Shown: positions 36,835 through 49,690 of the stretch, piece by piece
How the letters are laid out: each line of letters begins with the position of its first letter
Position numbering within the stretch: position 1 is the first letter of the stretch
Assembly (NCBI RefSeq): GCF_001194135.2
Contig: NC_068982.1
Location: 5,343,858-5,407,857, forward strand
Direction of reading: 5' to 3'
Source: Octopus bimaculoides
Taxonomy: Eukaryota
DNA length: 64,000 bases
Program-made: the position numbers and the translations under genes
Notes under the pieces: model-generated
Seen by the model: only the letters and a program-made list of their open reading frames with translations
Told to the model about the DNA's origin: nothing
Databases searched by the model: none

Positions 36835-39000
36835 ATGGTTTCAAATTTTGCCACAAAGGCAGCAATTTGGTGGGGTGGGGTGAGTCAACTACATCAACCC
36901 CAGTACTGAACTGGTACTTATTTTGTTAACTCCAAAAGGATGAAAGACTAAGTCGACCTTGGCAGAAAGACGCATGAAATGCCGCTAGGCATTTTGCCCA
37001 GCAATGCTAACAATCGCACCAGCTCACTGCCTTAATAATAATCTTTAGGCACAAGGCCCGAAATTCGGGGGTAAGGGGCCAGTTGATTAGATCAACCCTG
37101 AAAGGATGAAAGGCAAAGTTGACCTCAGTGGAATTTGAACTCAGAATGTAAAGACAGACGAAATAACGCTAAGCATTTTGCCTGGCATGCTAACGTTTCT
37201 GCCAGCTCGCCGCCTTATAATCATCATCATCGTTGTTTAACGTCCGCTTTCCATGCTTGCATGGGTTGGACGGTTTGACTGAGGTCTGGCAAGCAAGTGG
37301 GCTGCACCAGGCTCAATCTGATCTGGCAAAATCTCTACATCTGGATGTCCTTCCTAACGCTAACCACTCCGAGAGAGTAGTGGGTGTTTTTACATGCCAT
37401 AATAATAATAGTTTCAAATTTTGGCACAAGGCCAGCAATTTCGGTGGAGTTGGGCAGTGGATAACATCAACCCGAATGCTCAACAGGTATTTTTTTAAAG
37501 TAGTTGTATGTTGTCAACTTAATGCGACAGTCCCCTGAAGGGAATAATACTACTGTTGGTTAGACCTAGGAAGCTGCACCGCTTCCTGTCGGCCTTGATA
37601 CATTTTCTGTGGTGTCCTGGGGTGGAGGTGCTTGTCCCCCCCCCCTGTAAACATAAGGACACAGGAAATGTGNNNNNNNNNNAGGTGCTTGTCCCCCCCC
37701 CCTGTAAACATAAGGACACAGGAAATGTGTCATGGCCGACAGGAAGCAGTGCAACTTCCTAGGTCTAACCAACAGTAGTATTATTCCCTTCAGGGGACTG
37801 TCACATTAAGTTGACAGCATACAACTACTTCATCGTATCACTAGAGTATAAATCTCTCTGAGAGATTTAGAAATGTATTATTTCTAAAAAAGGTATTTCT
37901 TTCATTGACGCTGAAAGAATGGAAGGTAATATTAGAACTCAGAACACAGATGAAATGCCACGAAGAATTTTGTCCAGCATACTAACGATTCTGCTAGTTT
38001 GTTTCCTTGATGATAATAATAATAATAATAATGATTTCATTTATTTGCCACAAGGACAAAGGATGAGGGGGACAATACAAAGAGAGACAAAGTGTGGGGA
38101 TTTGCATGTAATGAAATGATAAAATTTTTTTAAAAAATTGTTTTTAATAAGTATTGGTTAAGTATACACTGAAAAAGAAGGGACATGTACATAGTATGCG
38201 ACAGGTGAAAAACAAAAATAATCCTTTCTACTAAAGGCACAAGACCTGAAATTTGTAGGGAGGGGACTAGTCAATTACATCGACCCCAGTATTTCAGTGG
38301 TACTTAATTTATTGACCCCGAAAGGATGAAAGACAAAGTTGACCTTGGTGGGATTTGAACACAGAATGTTGCGGCAGATGAAATGCTGCTAAGCATTTCG
38401 CCAGGTGTGCTAATGATTCTGCCAGCTCGCCACATTCAATAATAATTATAACGTCTTCAAATTTTGCTCCAAAGGCAGCCATTTTGAAGGAGGGGATGTG
38501 TCAAGTCGACCCCAGCGTTCAACTGATACTTATTTTATCGACCCTGAAAGGATGAAAAGCAAAGTCAACTTTAGCGGAATTTGAACTCTGAGCATAGTGG
38601 TAGACAAAATGCCACTAAGCATTTTGCCCAGTGAATAATAATAATAATGATAATCCTTTCTACTCTAGTCACATGGCACGAAAAAATTTTGATGGTGGGG
38701 GCTAGTCAATTACTGACCCGAATGATTGACCTTAAAAGAAAAATTGACCACAGTGGAATTTGAACTCTGGCTGTGAAAAACGGGGAAGAAATAACGCTAA
38801 GCATGTTGTTGACTCTGCTAATTATTCTACTAGCTCATTACCCTACTAACAACAACGACCCTTTCTGCTGTAGGCACAAGGCCTGAAATTCTAGGGGAGG
38901 GGCTAAGTCAATTACATTGACCCCCCAGTGTTCAACTGGTACTTATTTTATCTAACTCAAAGAGATGAATGGCTAAGTCAACCTTGGCAGATGGACAAAA
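36835..39000 (-). mobile_element. Cluster of ~6 SINE family B copies, with an RTE tail (37222-37398) and a MITE inserted
   Basis: Repeated ATCGACCCC...GACCCCGAAAGGATGAAAGGCAAAGTTGACC...GAATTTGAACTCAGAA blocks separated by (AAT)n. Confidence 0.8.
37498..37830. mobile_element. MITE with ~110 bp terminal inverted repeats (contains a 10-N gap at 37673-37682)
   Basis: AAGTAGTTGTATGTTGTCAACTTAATG...GGAAGCTGCACCGCTTCCTGTCGGCC is mirrored at 37735-37830. Confidence 0.8.
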
Positions 39001-39103
39001 TGCTGCTTCTTCCACTTCTATTTCTTTCTCACAAGAACACTGTTTCTGAATTACTTTCTTCAGATCATCTTACAAAGTGTTGATATTGAATATCAACCAA
39101 TTA

Positions 39104-39476
39104 ATTATTTACATTTGATGGATATTTGTCATCTTTGTTGTTAACACGTTTCGGCTGATATACCCTCCAGCCTTCATCAAGTGTCTTGGGGAAATTTCGA
39201 ACCTGGGTTCTCATTCCTAAGGTATTTTTCGATATTATTATTCGAGTCACTGCCTGGAATCAAACTCGGAATCTACTAACTCCAAGATTGAGTTTGATTC
39301 CAGGCAGTGACCTGAATAATAATAATCTTAAGAATCAGAACCCGGGTTTGAAATTTCCTCCAAGACACCTGAAGAAGGCAGGAGGGTCTATCAGCCGAAA
39401 CGTGTTAACAACAAACAAGATGAGGACAAATATCTTTCAAGTGTAAATAATTCCTTATCTCTTAAATATAGAACTG
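39104..39476. mobile_element. Palindromic tRNA-head/hammerhead element, copy 2
   Basis: Two tRNA 3' halves head-to-head in the centre. Both arms carry the 3-nt-deleted hammerhead form. Flanks TATCAACCAATTA (39091-39103) and TATTGACTAATTA (39477-39489), 10/13 with transitions only. Confidence 0.8.
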
Positions 39477-41171
39477 TATTGACTAATTAATGTCAGACGA
39501 CCTGCAAAGGTCACAGGCACTGACTGACCCTTCCATTTGACTAAAAAACAACAAAAATGATTCTGAGCTGTTCATTCACTTCTGAAAGACCCCCTCATTT
39601 CACTGACTTCAACAGAAATAAAATTTTCCTCTAGGTAATTTACTAACAGTTTTCACATCACAGAGTCTTTTTTAAACATAATGGTACCAAGACAATAATG
39701 CCACAACATAAAATACTTAAGATCCCAATAGAATGCCAAATAGAATCTGCCAACCTTTAATCGTCTTGTTATGTTTTAAGTCTGTGAAAATTTGTTTTTG
39801 TGATACCAATACGCAAGAGATATTCACAGCCAAAGCTTTGAAGTAGAATCGAATAGCCTTGCTTAGAATCACCGATAAAATCATAAAATTGACAATCCAT
39901 AAAAAAAAATCTGCTATATGAGCTTTTGAGAAAATAATAATAATAATACTGAGAAAACGATTTGGTTTCTAGCTAAATCTCAGCAAACTTTCTCACCATC
40001 CACCCTGAGAGCTGGAATAATCATTAGAAAATCTTTTAGCAAATAGTTTTGTGTGATATCTCTGGGTATCAAAGGAGCTTTTGGTGAATTCTGGTACATT
40101 TGGACTTATTTCAGCTTAAGTATCAGTGAAGTATACGAAGAAATGGTTGCCCAGCAACAGAGTTACCTTAATAGAACTATTATGATTGATCTCACAAGTC
40201 ATTGTTCTGATGTGGTGTTACTTAGTCGTGATTGAGCAGAATTAGAATCAGCATTCCAGCTATGACCATCCCATCTTTTATTCAGACATAGTGTATCAAA
40301 GGTCATGTAATCTAATATCTCCCTCTTTTAAGGTGGTAAGGTGTAATTTGAGTAACATTTGGCTGCTATTTCTAGCACTTAGAGTGAGTGAATCAGAATC
40401 TCCATCACTGATTAGAGTCTGACTTATCTATCACAGAGCTCAATATTTGATCCACTTCTGCTGATTGCTTACAGATATAATTTTACTAAAATAATCCAGG
40501 AGTATTCTGTTGTGTCTGCGGGGAGAGTCATTCTCTTTTGGTGCCTTAGAATTTAACACACTCACAGGTAAAATTTCCACTTCTTTCTTTTTTTTAAATT
40601 TTTCTAAAATTTTCGTTGTGTCTTGCAACCTTTTCACTAGTTATGACCATCCGTTACTCACACTGAATTCCTTTTTGTTTCTGCGCATGTGTGTGGATCA
40701 GTGTGTGTGTGTGCCTATACATGCATGTATTTATATATGCATGTGTGTGTATGTATGTATGTATGTATTCTGCATATTCATGTGTTTGTATGTATGGATG
40801 TGCATCTCCATATGTGTAGACACGTGTCTCCATATGTGTCCTTGTGTGAAGTAAAGTGTGTATATATATGGTCATGTGTTTCAGTCTTCATTTGCGTATG
40901 TGTGCTTGTCTGTTCATATAACCTATGTCCCTATCCATCTGTATGTTGATCTGTTTACTTTCATATCCATATGCTTACATACATACATCTATCTACATAT
41001 ATATACACTCATACATACATACTAATCTGGATTAAAATCTGTAACAAAAACAGCAGAGTCGTTGGCATGCATTCAGACCATTGTCATTCTCTTCTGACCC
41101 ACATTTAATCAAGTCGGGTATCAGTTTTAACAATCTAACAAACAAGGGTAAATTGTAAAGGTCACAAATAA

Positions 41172-41610
41172 TCATCATCATTTAACGTCCGTTGTCCATG
41201 CTGGTATGGGTTGGACGGTTTGACTGGGCTGGCACACTGGAAGGCTGCACCAGACTCCAGTCTGATTTGGAATGGTTTTCTACAGCTGGATGCCAACCAC
41301 TCCAAGAGTGTAATGGGTGCCATTTGTGTGACACTGGGGTGCTTCTACGTGCATCCGGCATGGGTGCCAATTTGAGTGACGTCGGTACCTGCAATGACTG
41401 CTATTTTGTTTGGCTTGATAGGTTTTCTCAAGCACGACATAATGCCAAACATCTGTCATTGCCTCTGTAAGGCCCAATACTCGAACAGAACTAAACCATT
41501 TTGCCTCCATGAGGCCCAACATTCAAAATGTGTTCTTTACATGCCACCAGCATGGGTGCACTTGGTTTGATGGGTCCTCTCAAGCACAGCACATCGCCAA
41601 GGCCATGTAA
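41172..41610 (-). mobile_element. RTE 3' end fragment
   Basis: Tail signature and LGLTEAMTD remnant. Confidence 0.75.
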
Positions 41611-43243
41611 TGGCTTTTCTTATATATCATCATCATCAACATTGGTTGAATGCCTTGATAGGTAATGGCAAGGCCAGAGGCCATACCAGGTTCCATAGTC
41701 TGGAAGCTCTTCCTAACATCAACCACTTTATAGAGTGTAGGGGATATGTTTGACATGGCCCTGGCACCATGGTTTTAGGATCTCAAGTCTGTTGTGGTGG
41801 ACAGGTCTTTTTGAGTACCACAATGTGTCATATATCTCATTTTTTCTGTCATCTACGTAAGATTCAATGTTTTGAGATCAGCCTTTGGGTTTCCTTCTTC
41901 CACAACTGTCTCCACTTTAGATATATATATATAAATTTAAATAATAAGGGTAAAAATTGATATTAATTAGATTAATATCAATTTAAACCAGTGGCCTAGC
42001 ATATTGAAAAAAATCTGAAGATTCAGAAAATTATATTACATGCATATAAGAGGAATGACCACTAAGAAAAATTGTTCTCAAGAAAATTCAGCAAACACCA
42101 GAACATAAAGCAAGCAAGACAAATGAAAAGATCAAAATATAGTGATACACACACACACACACATGCCTCCCTTCCAGCTGAAGGGGTTTTAGTCTTACGG
42201 GTTATTCAGTGACCCTGTTGATGCTGGTGCCACATAAAAAGCACCCAGTGTACTCTGTGAAGTTGTTGGCATTAAGAAGGGTATCCAGCCATAGAAAGCA
42301 AGCTAAGGCACATGAGTGGAACCTGGTCCAACTGCCCAGCATGAAGAACTGATATCAAACAATGATGATGAATTATATATAAGAGCATGCTCATGGTTGA
42401 GTGCTTGTGCAAGCACTCAACTATGATTTCTGATCTCAAAAACAACTATAAGCTAAAAAAGTTCACCGCATAATTTCTTATTTCCTTGTCATTTATAGAA
42501 TCTCTTATTACCAGTGGGCAACTCAACTGATGCTTTGTTCTGAAGCAGATGTATATTAAGTTTTAACACCAAGTTATCACTATGCCTGAACAAAAAGTGT
42601 GTGTGTGTGTGTGTGTTCCTCGGTTTTTATGAAAAGAATGTCTTTTACACAACAGAACGGAAAGGAACATTTAAGAAAATACTTTGAAAGATGACCAAAA
42701 AGGAAAACAGTTCAGATAATTTTCCTGCTATCAAACTTCCATCTATGTTTGAGGTATGTGCTGAAATGGAAAGACGAGCAAGATCTCACATTATCGCAAA
42801 TCCATGATGCCAACTGGGGCTGTGTAAAAAGTATTACTATCACAGGCTGCCATTATCTGTTGCCTATAAATCTGAAGTGGGGGAATTTGTGTATGTTTTA
42901 AATAATTCAACTGTGTTTATGAGTGCTCCAGGGGAAAAGCATGAATATCACAGCTTCCCCATTATCCATTGCCTATACTTCAGGGGGGAGAAGGAGTTGT
43001 GTGAGAGGGCATCATCATCACCATCTAGCATTCTTTTTTCCATGCTGGTATAGGTTTGATAGTTTGACAAACTCTCACACACATTTTTACTTTCAGTTTC
43101 TGTCTACCTACATCCATTTACAAGGCTTTGACTGGCTCAATGCTCTAGTAGAAGACAACTTGCTTTAGGTGCCACAAAATGGAACTGAACCAAAGACCAC
43201 ATAATTAGGAAGTAAGCTTCTTAACTAAACAGCTACACCTAAA

Positions 43244-43684
43244 TATAGTTCTATATTTAAGAGATGAGGAATTTACATTTGATGGATATTTGTCCTCATC
43301 TTATTTGTTGTTAACACGCTTCGGCTGATATACCCTCCAGCCTTCATCAGGTGTCTTGGGGAAATTTCGAACCTGGGTTCTCATTCCTAATGTATTTTTC
43401 AATGATTATTATTATTATTATTCAGGTCACTGCCTGGAACAAACTCGGAATCTTGGGGTTAGTATCCCATGCTCTTAACCACTATGTCATATGCCCATGG
43501 GCATATGGTGTAGTGGATAATAATATAGTAATAATAACATCGTAAAATACCTTAGGAATGAGAACCCAGGTTTGAAACTTCCCCAAGACACCTGATGAAG
43601 GCTGGAGGGTATATCAACCGAAACGTTGTGTTAACAACAAACAAGATGAGGTCAAATATCCATCAAATGTAAATAATATACAAG
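43244..43684. mobile_element. Palindromic tRNA-head/hammerhead element, copy 3
   Basis: Perfect 13 bp TSD AGCTACACCTAAA at 43231-43243 and 43685-43697. Full tRNA head on - (43423-43496) with a partial inverted head next to it. Confidence 0.9.
43587..43632 (+). ncRNA. Minimal hammerhead motif, GUU triplet, one stem II mismatch
   Basis: GACAC-CTGATGA-A-GGCTG(loop)CAACC-GAAAC-GTT-GTGTT. Confidence 0.6.
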
Positions 43685-44129
43685 AGCTACACCTAAACAC
43701 CTGAATGTGTGAAAACACATTTTTCACAATTTATCTTGTAGTCTCCACTCCACCTATTTTACTAACTTCATCTATAAACATTTTATCTTGAAAAAATGCT
43801 TCTCATAATTTATAATCAAGTGTCAGGTTTTATATGAAAGAGGAAGTACAACTGAATTCCAATTATATATATATTTATTAAATTTATAAACTTCAATTCT
43901 GAATTTGTTTAGTCTTGGTCAGCTGGCAGAGTTGTTAGCATGCCAGGCAAATGTCTTTACATTCTGGGTTCAAATTCTGCTAAGGTCAACTCTGCTTTTT
44001 ATCCTTTCAAGGTCGATTAAAATAAGTACCGGTTAAATACTGGAGTGAATGTAATCAACTTACCTTCTCTTCCAAAATTGCTGGCCTTGTGCTAAAAGTT
44101 AAAATCAATACTTACTAAATAATTTATTT

Positions 44130-44620
44130 GTAGAGGGAACCTGTGGTGGAGGAAGACATGGGATGAGGCGATGAAGCATCGTCTTTGAACTTTGGGCCTC
44201 ACAGAGGCAATGACTAGTGACCAAGACCTTTGGTAATATGCTGTGCTTGAGAAGACCCGTCAAGCCTAGTGAAATCATAGCTGTGGCTGTTGCTGGTGTT
44301 ACGTAACTGGCCCTGTGCCAGTGGTATGTAAGAAGCACCTTTCTAGTGTTGGGCCTCATGGAGGCTAAGTGGCTGATGCCAGTGGCATGTGAAAGGCTCC
44401 TTTCAAGTGGTGTCCGCCAAATCAGAAAGATCCAAAAATCATCATTACCATCATTTAATGTTTTCCATGCTGGCATGGGTTGGACGATTTGATAGGATCT
44501 ATCAAACCAGAAGAGCTGCACTAGGCTCCAACTATCTGTTTTGGTAAGGTTTCTATGACTGGATGCCCTTCCTAATGCCACCCACTTCACAACCAGCTTC
44601 TCTTTATGTGGCACCAGCAC
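44130..44620. mobile_element. RTE ORF end (+) abutting an inverted RTE tail (-)
   Basis: KTWDEAMKH...LGLTEAMTSDQDLW*YAVLEKTRQA* on +, then CATTTAATGTTTTCCATGCTGGCATGGG on -. Confidence 0.75.
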
Positions 44621-44934
44621 GGGTATGGCACAGTAAATAAATACAAATTTAGAGTGGGATCCAGGATTTATCTGTTTTGAAGTCACCTAAAGACAGAACC
44701 TTGCAACCATTAAAGAAATGGTTCTGCTCAATATGCAGAAAAGGAAACTGCTGTCAAACCATCCAATCCATGGAAAATAGGAGTTAAATGGTGATGATGA
44801 TGATGATGATGATATATTTATGAGCTGACGACTGGTAAAAGTTCATTTGATAAAAAGCAAACGTGAGGCATATCAATGAAAGATAAATATACATTCATTT
44901 ATGTATGATGCCAATTGTTATGATAATTATCTTT

Positions 44935-45245
44935 TTGTTTCATTCATTGGAGTGTGACCATGCTGGAGCATTGGCTTAAAGTGTTTAGTTGAACAAACTG
45001 ACTCCTGTACTTTTGCTAAGTTGTGGGAGACATAAACAAACCAGCACCGGTTGTCAAGCAGTGATGGGGGACAAATGCAGACACACACACACACGTGATG
45101 GACTTCTACAGTTTCCATCTATCAAATTCACTCACAAAAAGTACAGGACCATAGAAGATCCTTGCCCAATGTGTCACACGATGGAACTGAACCCAAGACC
45201 TGGTAGTTGGAAAGCAATCTTCTTAACCACATTGCCATGCCTGTA
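44935..45245 (-). mobile_element. SINE family A
   Basis: Pattern match to 46681-47090. Confidence 0.7.
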
Positions 45246-45479
45246 CCTTGTAATCACAACGTTTAGAGATGAGAAATGCAACCCAAGAAGACAACATAAG
45301 GGGAGGAAACATATTTTGGAAATTGGAACTAAGATAAATATACAAAATTAATTAGCAAACAGACATCACTGGTAACTTCGTCATATTCAGTCACTGTAAT
45401 TAAAAGTGCTAATAACAAATTGATTTTTTCTACATTAAAAGAAAACAAAATCTGTAATGGTTTTTGATTGAGGCATGAG

Positions 45480-46440
45480 AGCAATAATTTTAAGGGAAGC
45501 AGGATTAGTCAAAGCCATTGACCCTAGTATGTGACTGGTGCTTTATGTTATCAACCCTTGAGGGTTTGAAGCCAGAATGTAAAGTGTTGGAGCAAATACA
45601 GCATGGCATTTGGTCCAACATTCTAATGATTCTGGTGGCAAAAGCTAGCAGAATGGTCAACATGCCAGGTGAAATGCTTAGCGGTATTTCATCTGTCTTT
45701 ACGTTCTGAGTTCAAATTCCACCAAGGTCGACTTTGCCTTTCATCCTTTTGAGGTTGATAAATTAAGTACCAGTTGTGTACTGGGGTCGATCGAATCGAC
45801 TGGCCCCCTCGCCAAAACTTTCAGGCCTTGTGCCTAGAGTAGAAAAGATTCTAATGATTCTGCTAAATAATAATAATCCTGAAATTTGCAGGGAGGTGGT
45901 AAGTTGATTACATCAACCCCAGTGCATAACTGGTACTTATTTATTCGATCCTGAAAGGCAAAGTCGACCTCAGCAGATCAGAATGTAGTGGCAGACAAAA
46001 TACCACTAAGCATTTCATCCGGCATACTAACGATTCTGCGAGCTTGCTGCCTTATTAATATTAATAATGGTTTCAAATTTGGCACAAGGCCAGAAAATTT
46101 GGGGCAGTGGGCAAGTCAGTTACAATGATCCCAGTGATTGACTGCTACTTATTTTATCAACCCCAAAAAGATAAAAGGCAGGCAGGATTTGAACCCAGAA
46201 CATAAAGATGCATGAAAGGCAATCAACCATTCTGACTGGCATGCTAATGGTTCTTTCAGCTCACAACCCAAATAATAATAATAATCCTTTCTGCTAAGGA
46301 CACAAGGCCTGAAATTTGTGGGGAGGGGGCTAGTTGATTACATCGACCCCAGTGTTTCACTGCTACTTAATTTATTGGCCCTGAAAGGGTGAAAGGCAAA
46401 GTTGACTTTGGCAAAATTTGGATGATAGTAATAATAATAA
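45480..46440. mobile_element. Cluster of ~5 SINE family B copies
   Basis: One + copy at 45640-45850 and three head-to-tail - copies at 45870-46430. Confidence 0.8.
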
Positions 46441-46448
46441 TAACTTAC

Positions 46449-46532
46449 GTTTGATACTGTATATGCACCAGGATTCATAAAGCTGGTGAGATCAATGTGC
46501 ATTTTCCGTTCATTTGAAGAAATATTGATTTT
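46449..46532 (-). CDS. CLCN7: CLC-7-like exon (CBS linker/CBS2 start)
   Basis: cattaccag|KINISSNERKMHIDLTSFMNPGAYTVSN|gtaagt. Confidence 0.95.
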
Positions 46533-46680
46533 CTGGTAATGAGAATAAAATGGCTAATTAAATAATCATTCCTCATATTTTAATATTCTTGTTTTCATAC
46601 ATCTCCACTGAGATGCCCTTCTTGGATACTGATTCAACTTTAAAAAAGAAAAATGCAAGAAAAAAAAAAAAAGTAGAAAA

Positions 46681-46843
46681 GGCGCAGGAGTGGCTGTGTG
46701 GTAAGTAGCTTGCTTACCAACCACATGGTCCCGGGGTTCAGTCCCGCTGCGTGGCACCTTGGGCAAGTGTCTTCTACTATAGCTTCGGGCTGACCAAAGC
46801 CTTGTGAGTGGATTTGGTAGACGGAAACTGGAAGAAGCCCGTC

Positions 46844-46875
<32 letters not shown>

Positions 46876-47090
46876 GTGCGTGTGTGTGTATTTGTTTGTC
46901 TCCCCCAGCATCGCTTGACAACCGATGCTGGTGTGTTTACGTCCCTGTAACTTAGCGGTTCGGCAATAGAGACCGATAGAATAAGTACTAGGCTTGCAAA
47001 GAATAAGCTCGGGTCAATTTGCTCGACTATAAAGGCGGTGCTCCAGCATGGCCACAGTCAAATGACTGAAACAAGTAAAAGAGTAAAGAG
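46681..47090 (+). mobile_element. tRNA-derived SINE family A, best-preserved copy
   Basis: A box TGGCTGTGTGG, B-box-like GGTTCAGTCCC, internal (TA)n(TG)n, tail GAAACAAGTAAAAGAGTAAAGAG. Confidence 0.88.
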
Positions 47091-47212
47091 TATCTATAGG
47101 GCTTGGCTCTTTGTTGGTTACGACAACGAGTGTTCCAGTTGAACCAATCAACAGAACAGCCAGCTCATGAAATTAAATAAGCTAGGCTCTCCACAGACGT
47201 ACATACCATTAA

Positions 47213-48023
47213 CCCATTCATTACCAACCTGTCCGCAGTCAGCTGAAACATTTTTGGACTCAAATGACCAACTCAGCCGAAGCCGGCCAAGTGAACCCAT
47301 TGATATTTAAATATAAATTTCAGCACAAATCTCGTTAGTACATTTGTGAAAACACTTGATTTCACTTAGTAAATAGTCAAGTTACAGTATCTGATGTTGT
47401 TTGATGTAATATCTGAGCTGTGCGAATTTTGGGCAATTTTTTTCCACATTTTTTCTTTGGCAATTTTTTTCATCTTTTAAAATGGATACCAGTTTCATGC
47501 TATCAAGCAGTGATTCTGGATTTGAGGACTTTACAATGGAAGATATGGAGAAATCAAGCAAATATAAGCTTGTTTGATCACTGCAGAAAGTAAACAAACC
47601 GAGAAAAAAGAAAGCTTGTGGTTTACATGTATTTACCTGTAATTAGAGTCACTTTGAGACAAACGTTATGCAATAGAATTGATTAAGAACCTTTTCTTCA
47701 ATTAAATAAAATAGTTACAGTTGCTTAACCCTTTTGTTACCAACCAGCTCTGGCTCTGAGTACAAATGTCTATAAGTTTTGAATTAAAATCTTCCACCAA
47801 ACCTTAGTCACAATTTATGTTCCTAACACTAGCTGAATGATAACTAAGTTATTTTACTAAGTTCTTTGTTATATTTAAAGTAATTGAAAGAAACACAGAA
47901 CATCTCAACAGAAAATACAATAACAAAAGGGTTAATGAAACCAGTCTAAATTCCTGATGGTTTTAGAATTTAACTGAAACTCATGAGGGGTTTGTTTTAC
48001 TTAGAAATATAGTAACGAAAGGG
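47213..48023 (+). mobile_element. Internally deleted piggyBac-like element (outer)
   Basis: TTAA|CCCATTCATTAC ... GTAACGAAAGGG|TTAA; short acidic remnant MDTSFMLSSSDSGFEDFTMED at ~47483. Confidence 0.6.
47729..47931. mobile_element. piggyBac-type MITE (inner, nested)
   Basis: TTAA|CCCTTTTGTTAC ... TAACAAAAGGG|TTAA. Confidence 0.85.
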
Positions 48024-49203
48024 TTAATGTAGTTCTCAGGGAGATTCAGTATGACACAGAATGTGACAAAGTTGGGCCCTTCTGAATTACAGGTACAACT
48101 CATTTTTGCCAGCTGAGTGGATTGGAGCAACGTGGAATAAAGTGTCTTGCTGAAAGACAAACGTGCCACTGGGAACTGAATTCAGGATCTCACGATCATC
48201 AGCTGAATAACTTATAAGCCAGCCTCCTTCATAATACCACAAGGCATTTTCTCCAATGCTCTACTGATTCTACCAATCTACTGCAGCAGAAGTGTGGGTT
48301 TCAAATTCTGATACAAGGCCTGAAATTTCAGAGTAAGGACTAAGCCGATTACATCAACCTCAGTGCATGACTGGTACTTATTTTATTGACCCTGAAAGGA
48401 TGAAAGGCAAAGTCATCTTCAGTGGCATTTGAACTCAGAATGGAAACACGGATGAAATGCCGCCAAGCATTTTGTCCAGCACGGTAATGATTCTGCCAGC
48501 TTGTTGCCTTACTGTAGGATAATTATTAATTAGTTCATTAAATATCCCATAAATAATAATGCTCATTATTAATGATGTGCAACTATGCAAAATACTATGA
48601 AACATTAGTTCTGAAATTCTTTGATATTGGCTCCACAGAAATCAGTGAAAGTATGACAGCAATAAGGTCTTTCTGGTGCCAAACTGTCTTAAATTTTGAT
48701 TTGTTACATACAAAGACTGGCCTTTTTCTGAGCCCAAAACCAATATTAAAGAAAATATGAGACTGTAAGACACAGACTGGTTCAGAAGTTGGTAAAATTA
48801 AAGAAATAAAATAAGTTACACCTAATTAATTATTTTTTCAAATTAAAAATTACTATTTCTGTTAGACATAGGAAGGGTTTAGAAGGATTGGTAAACTCCT
48901 TTTCAAGGAACATTCAGTTTTTAAACTGAACTCAGCTTTCATTGATACTCGCTGTCCACCCAAAGTTGTACGTCTTGCACATAGGGAGAATGAATTGGTA
49001 AAGTACAAACATGAATGACCCTATGGTCATGTGTTTGGACCTTGTCACCTTACACTTGCGTCACAGCACTAGCCAAGGTACGTTACTCTGCACACCCCAG
49101 TTTGCCAGATTAACAAGCTTCTTCAATTAATAAACCAATATGAAACGAGAACAGGTAAGACTAACAACTGACTATGAAAACAATTAGATACTCTAACCAA
49201 ATA

Positions 49204-49413
49204 CAGGAATCCCTTGCCATTTCACGGTTCACCTATTGCGGTTTATTAGTCAAGCTTACATCAATCCCTCCGTGGTGGTGTTGTGCATTTATAATAAAAG
49301 AAATATATACAAATTATAAAAATATACAGTACAGTAGCGTTTCTACTTTGTGGATTTTCACCTATCGCAGGGGGTTTGGGAACGTGACACCTGTGATAGT
49401 CGAGGGATTACTG
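49204..49413. mobile_element. pogo/Tigger-like MITE
   Basis: TA|CAGGAATCCCTTG ... CGAGGGATTACTG|TA. Confidence 0.75.
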
Positions 49414-49495
49414 TATAGCACTTTGAGAACTAGAATAAACTAAAATCAACACCGATTCCTGGGAAATAAAGCTGAATAAAAGAATAAAAACTTAC

Positions 49496-49588
49496 ATGAA
49501 TTGGCTGGAAGCGAGGATATTCTTCTCTAAAGTCTTTATTATGAAGATTCCTGATTGTGTGGAAGAGGTCCTCTCTCTCATTGAAAGC
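49496..49588 (-). CDS. CLCN7: CLC-7-like exon (inter-CBS region)
   Basis: cacttgctag|AFNEREDLFHTIRNLHNKDFREEYPRFQPIH|gtaagt. Confidence 0.95.
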
Positions 49589-49690
49589 CTAGCAAGTGAA
49601 AAACAGAAAAAGGACAGAGTATGGCTATGAGTGAAATCTATATTGTTTTTATAGAATTCAGATTGAGGATGCAAACCAGTTTATATATTA

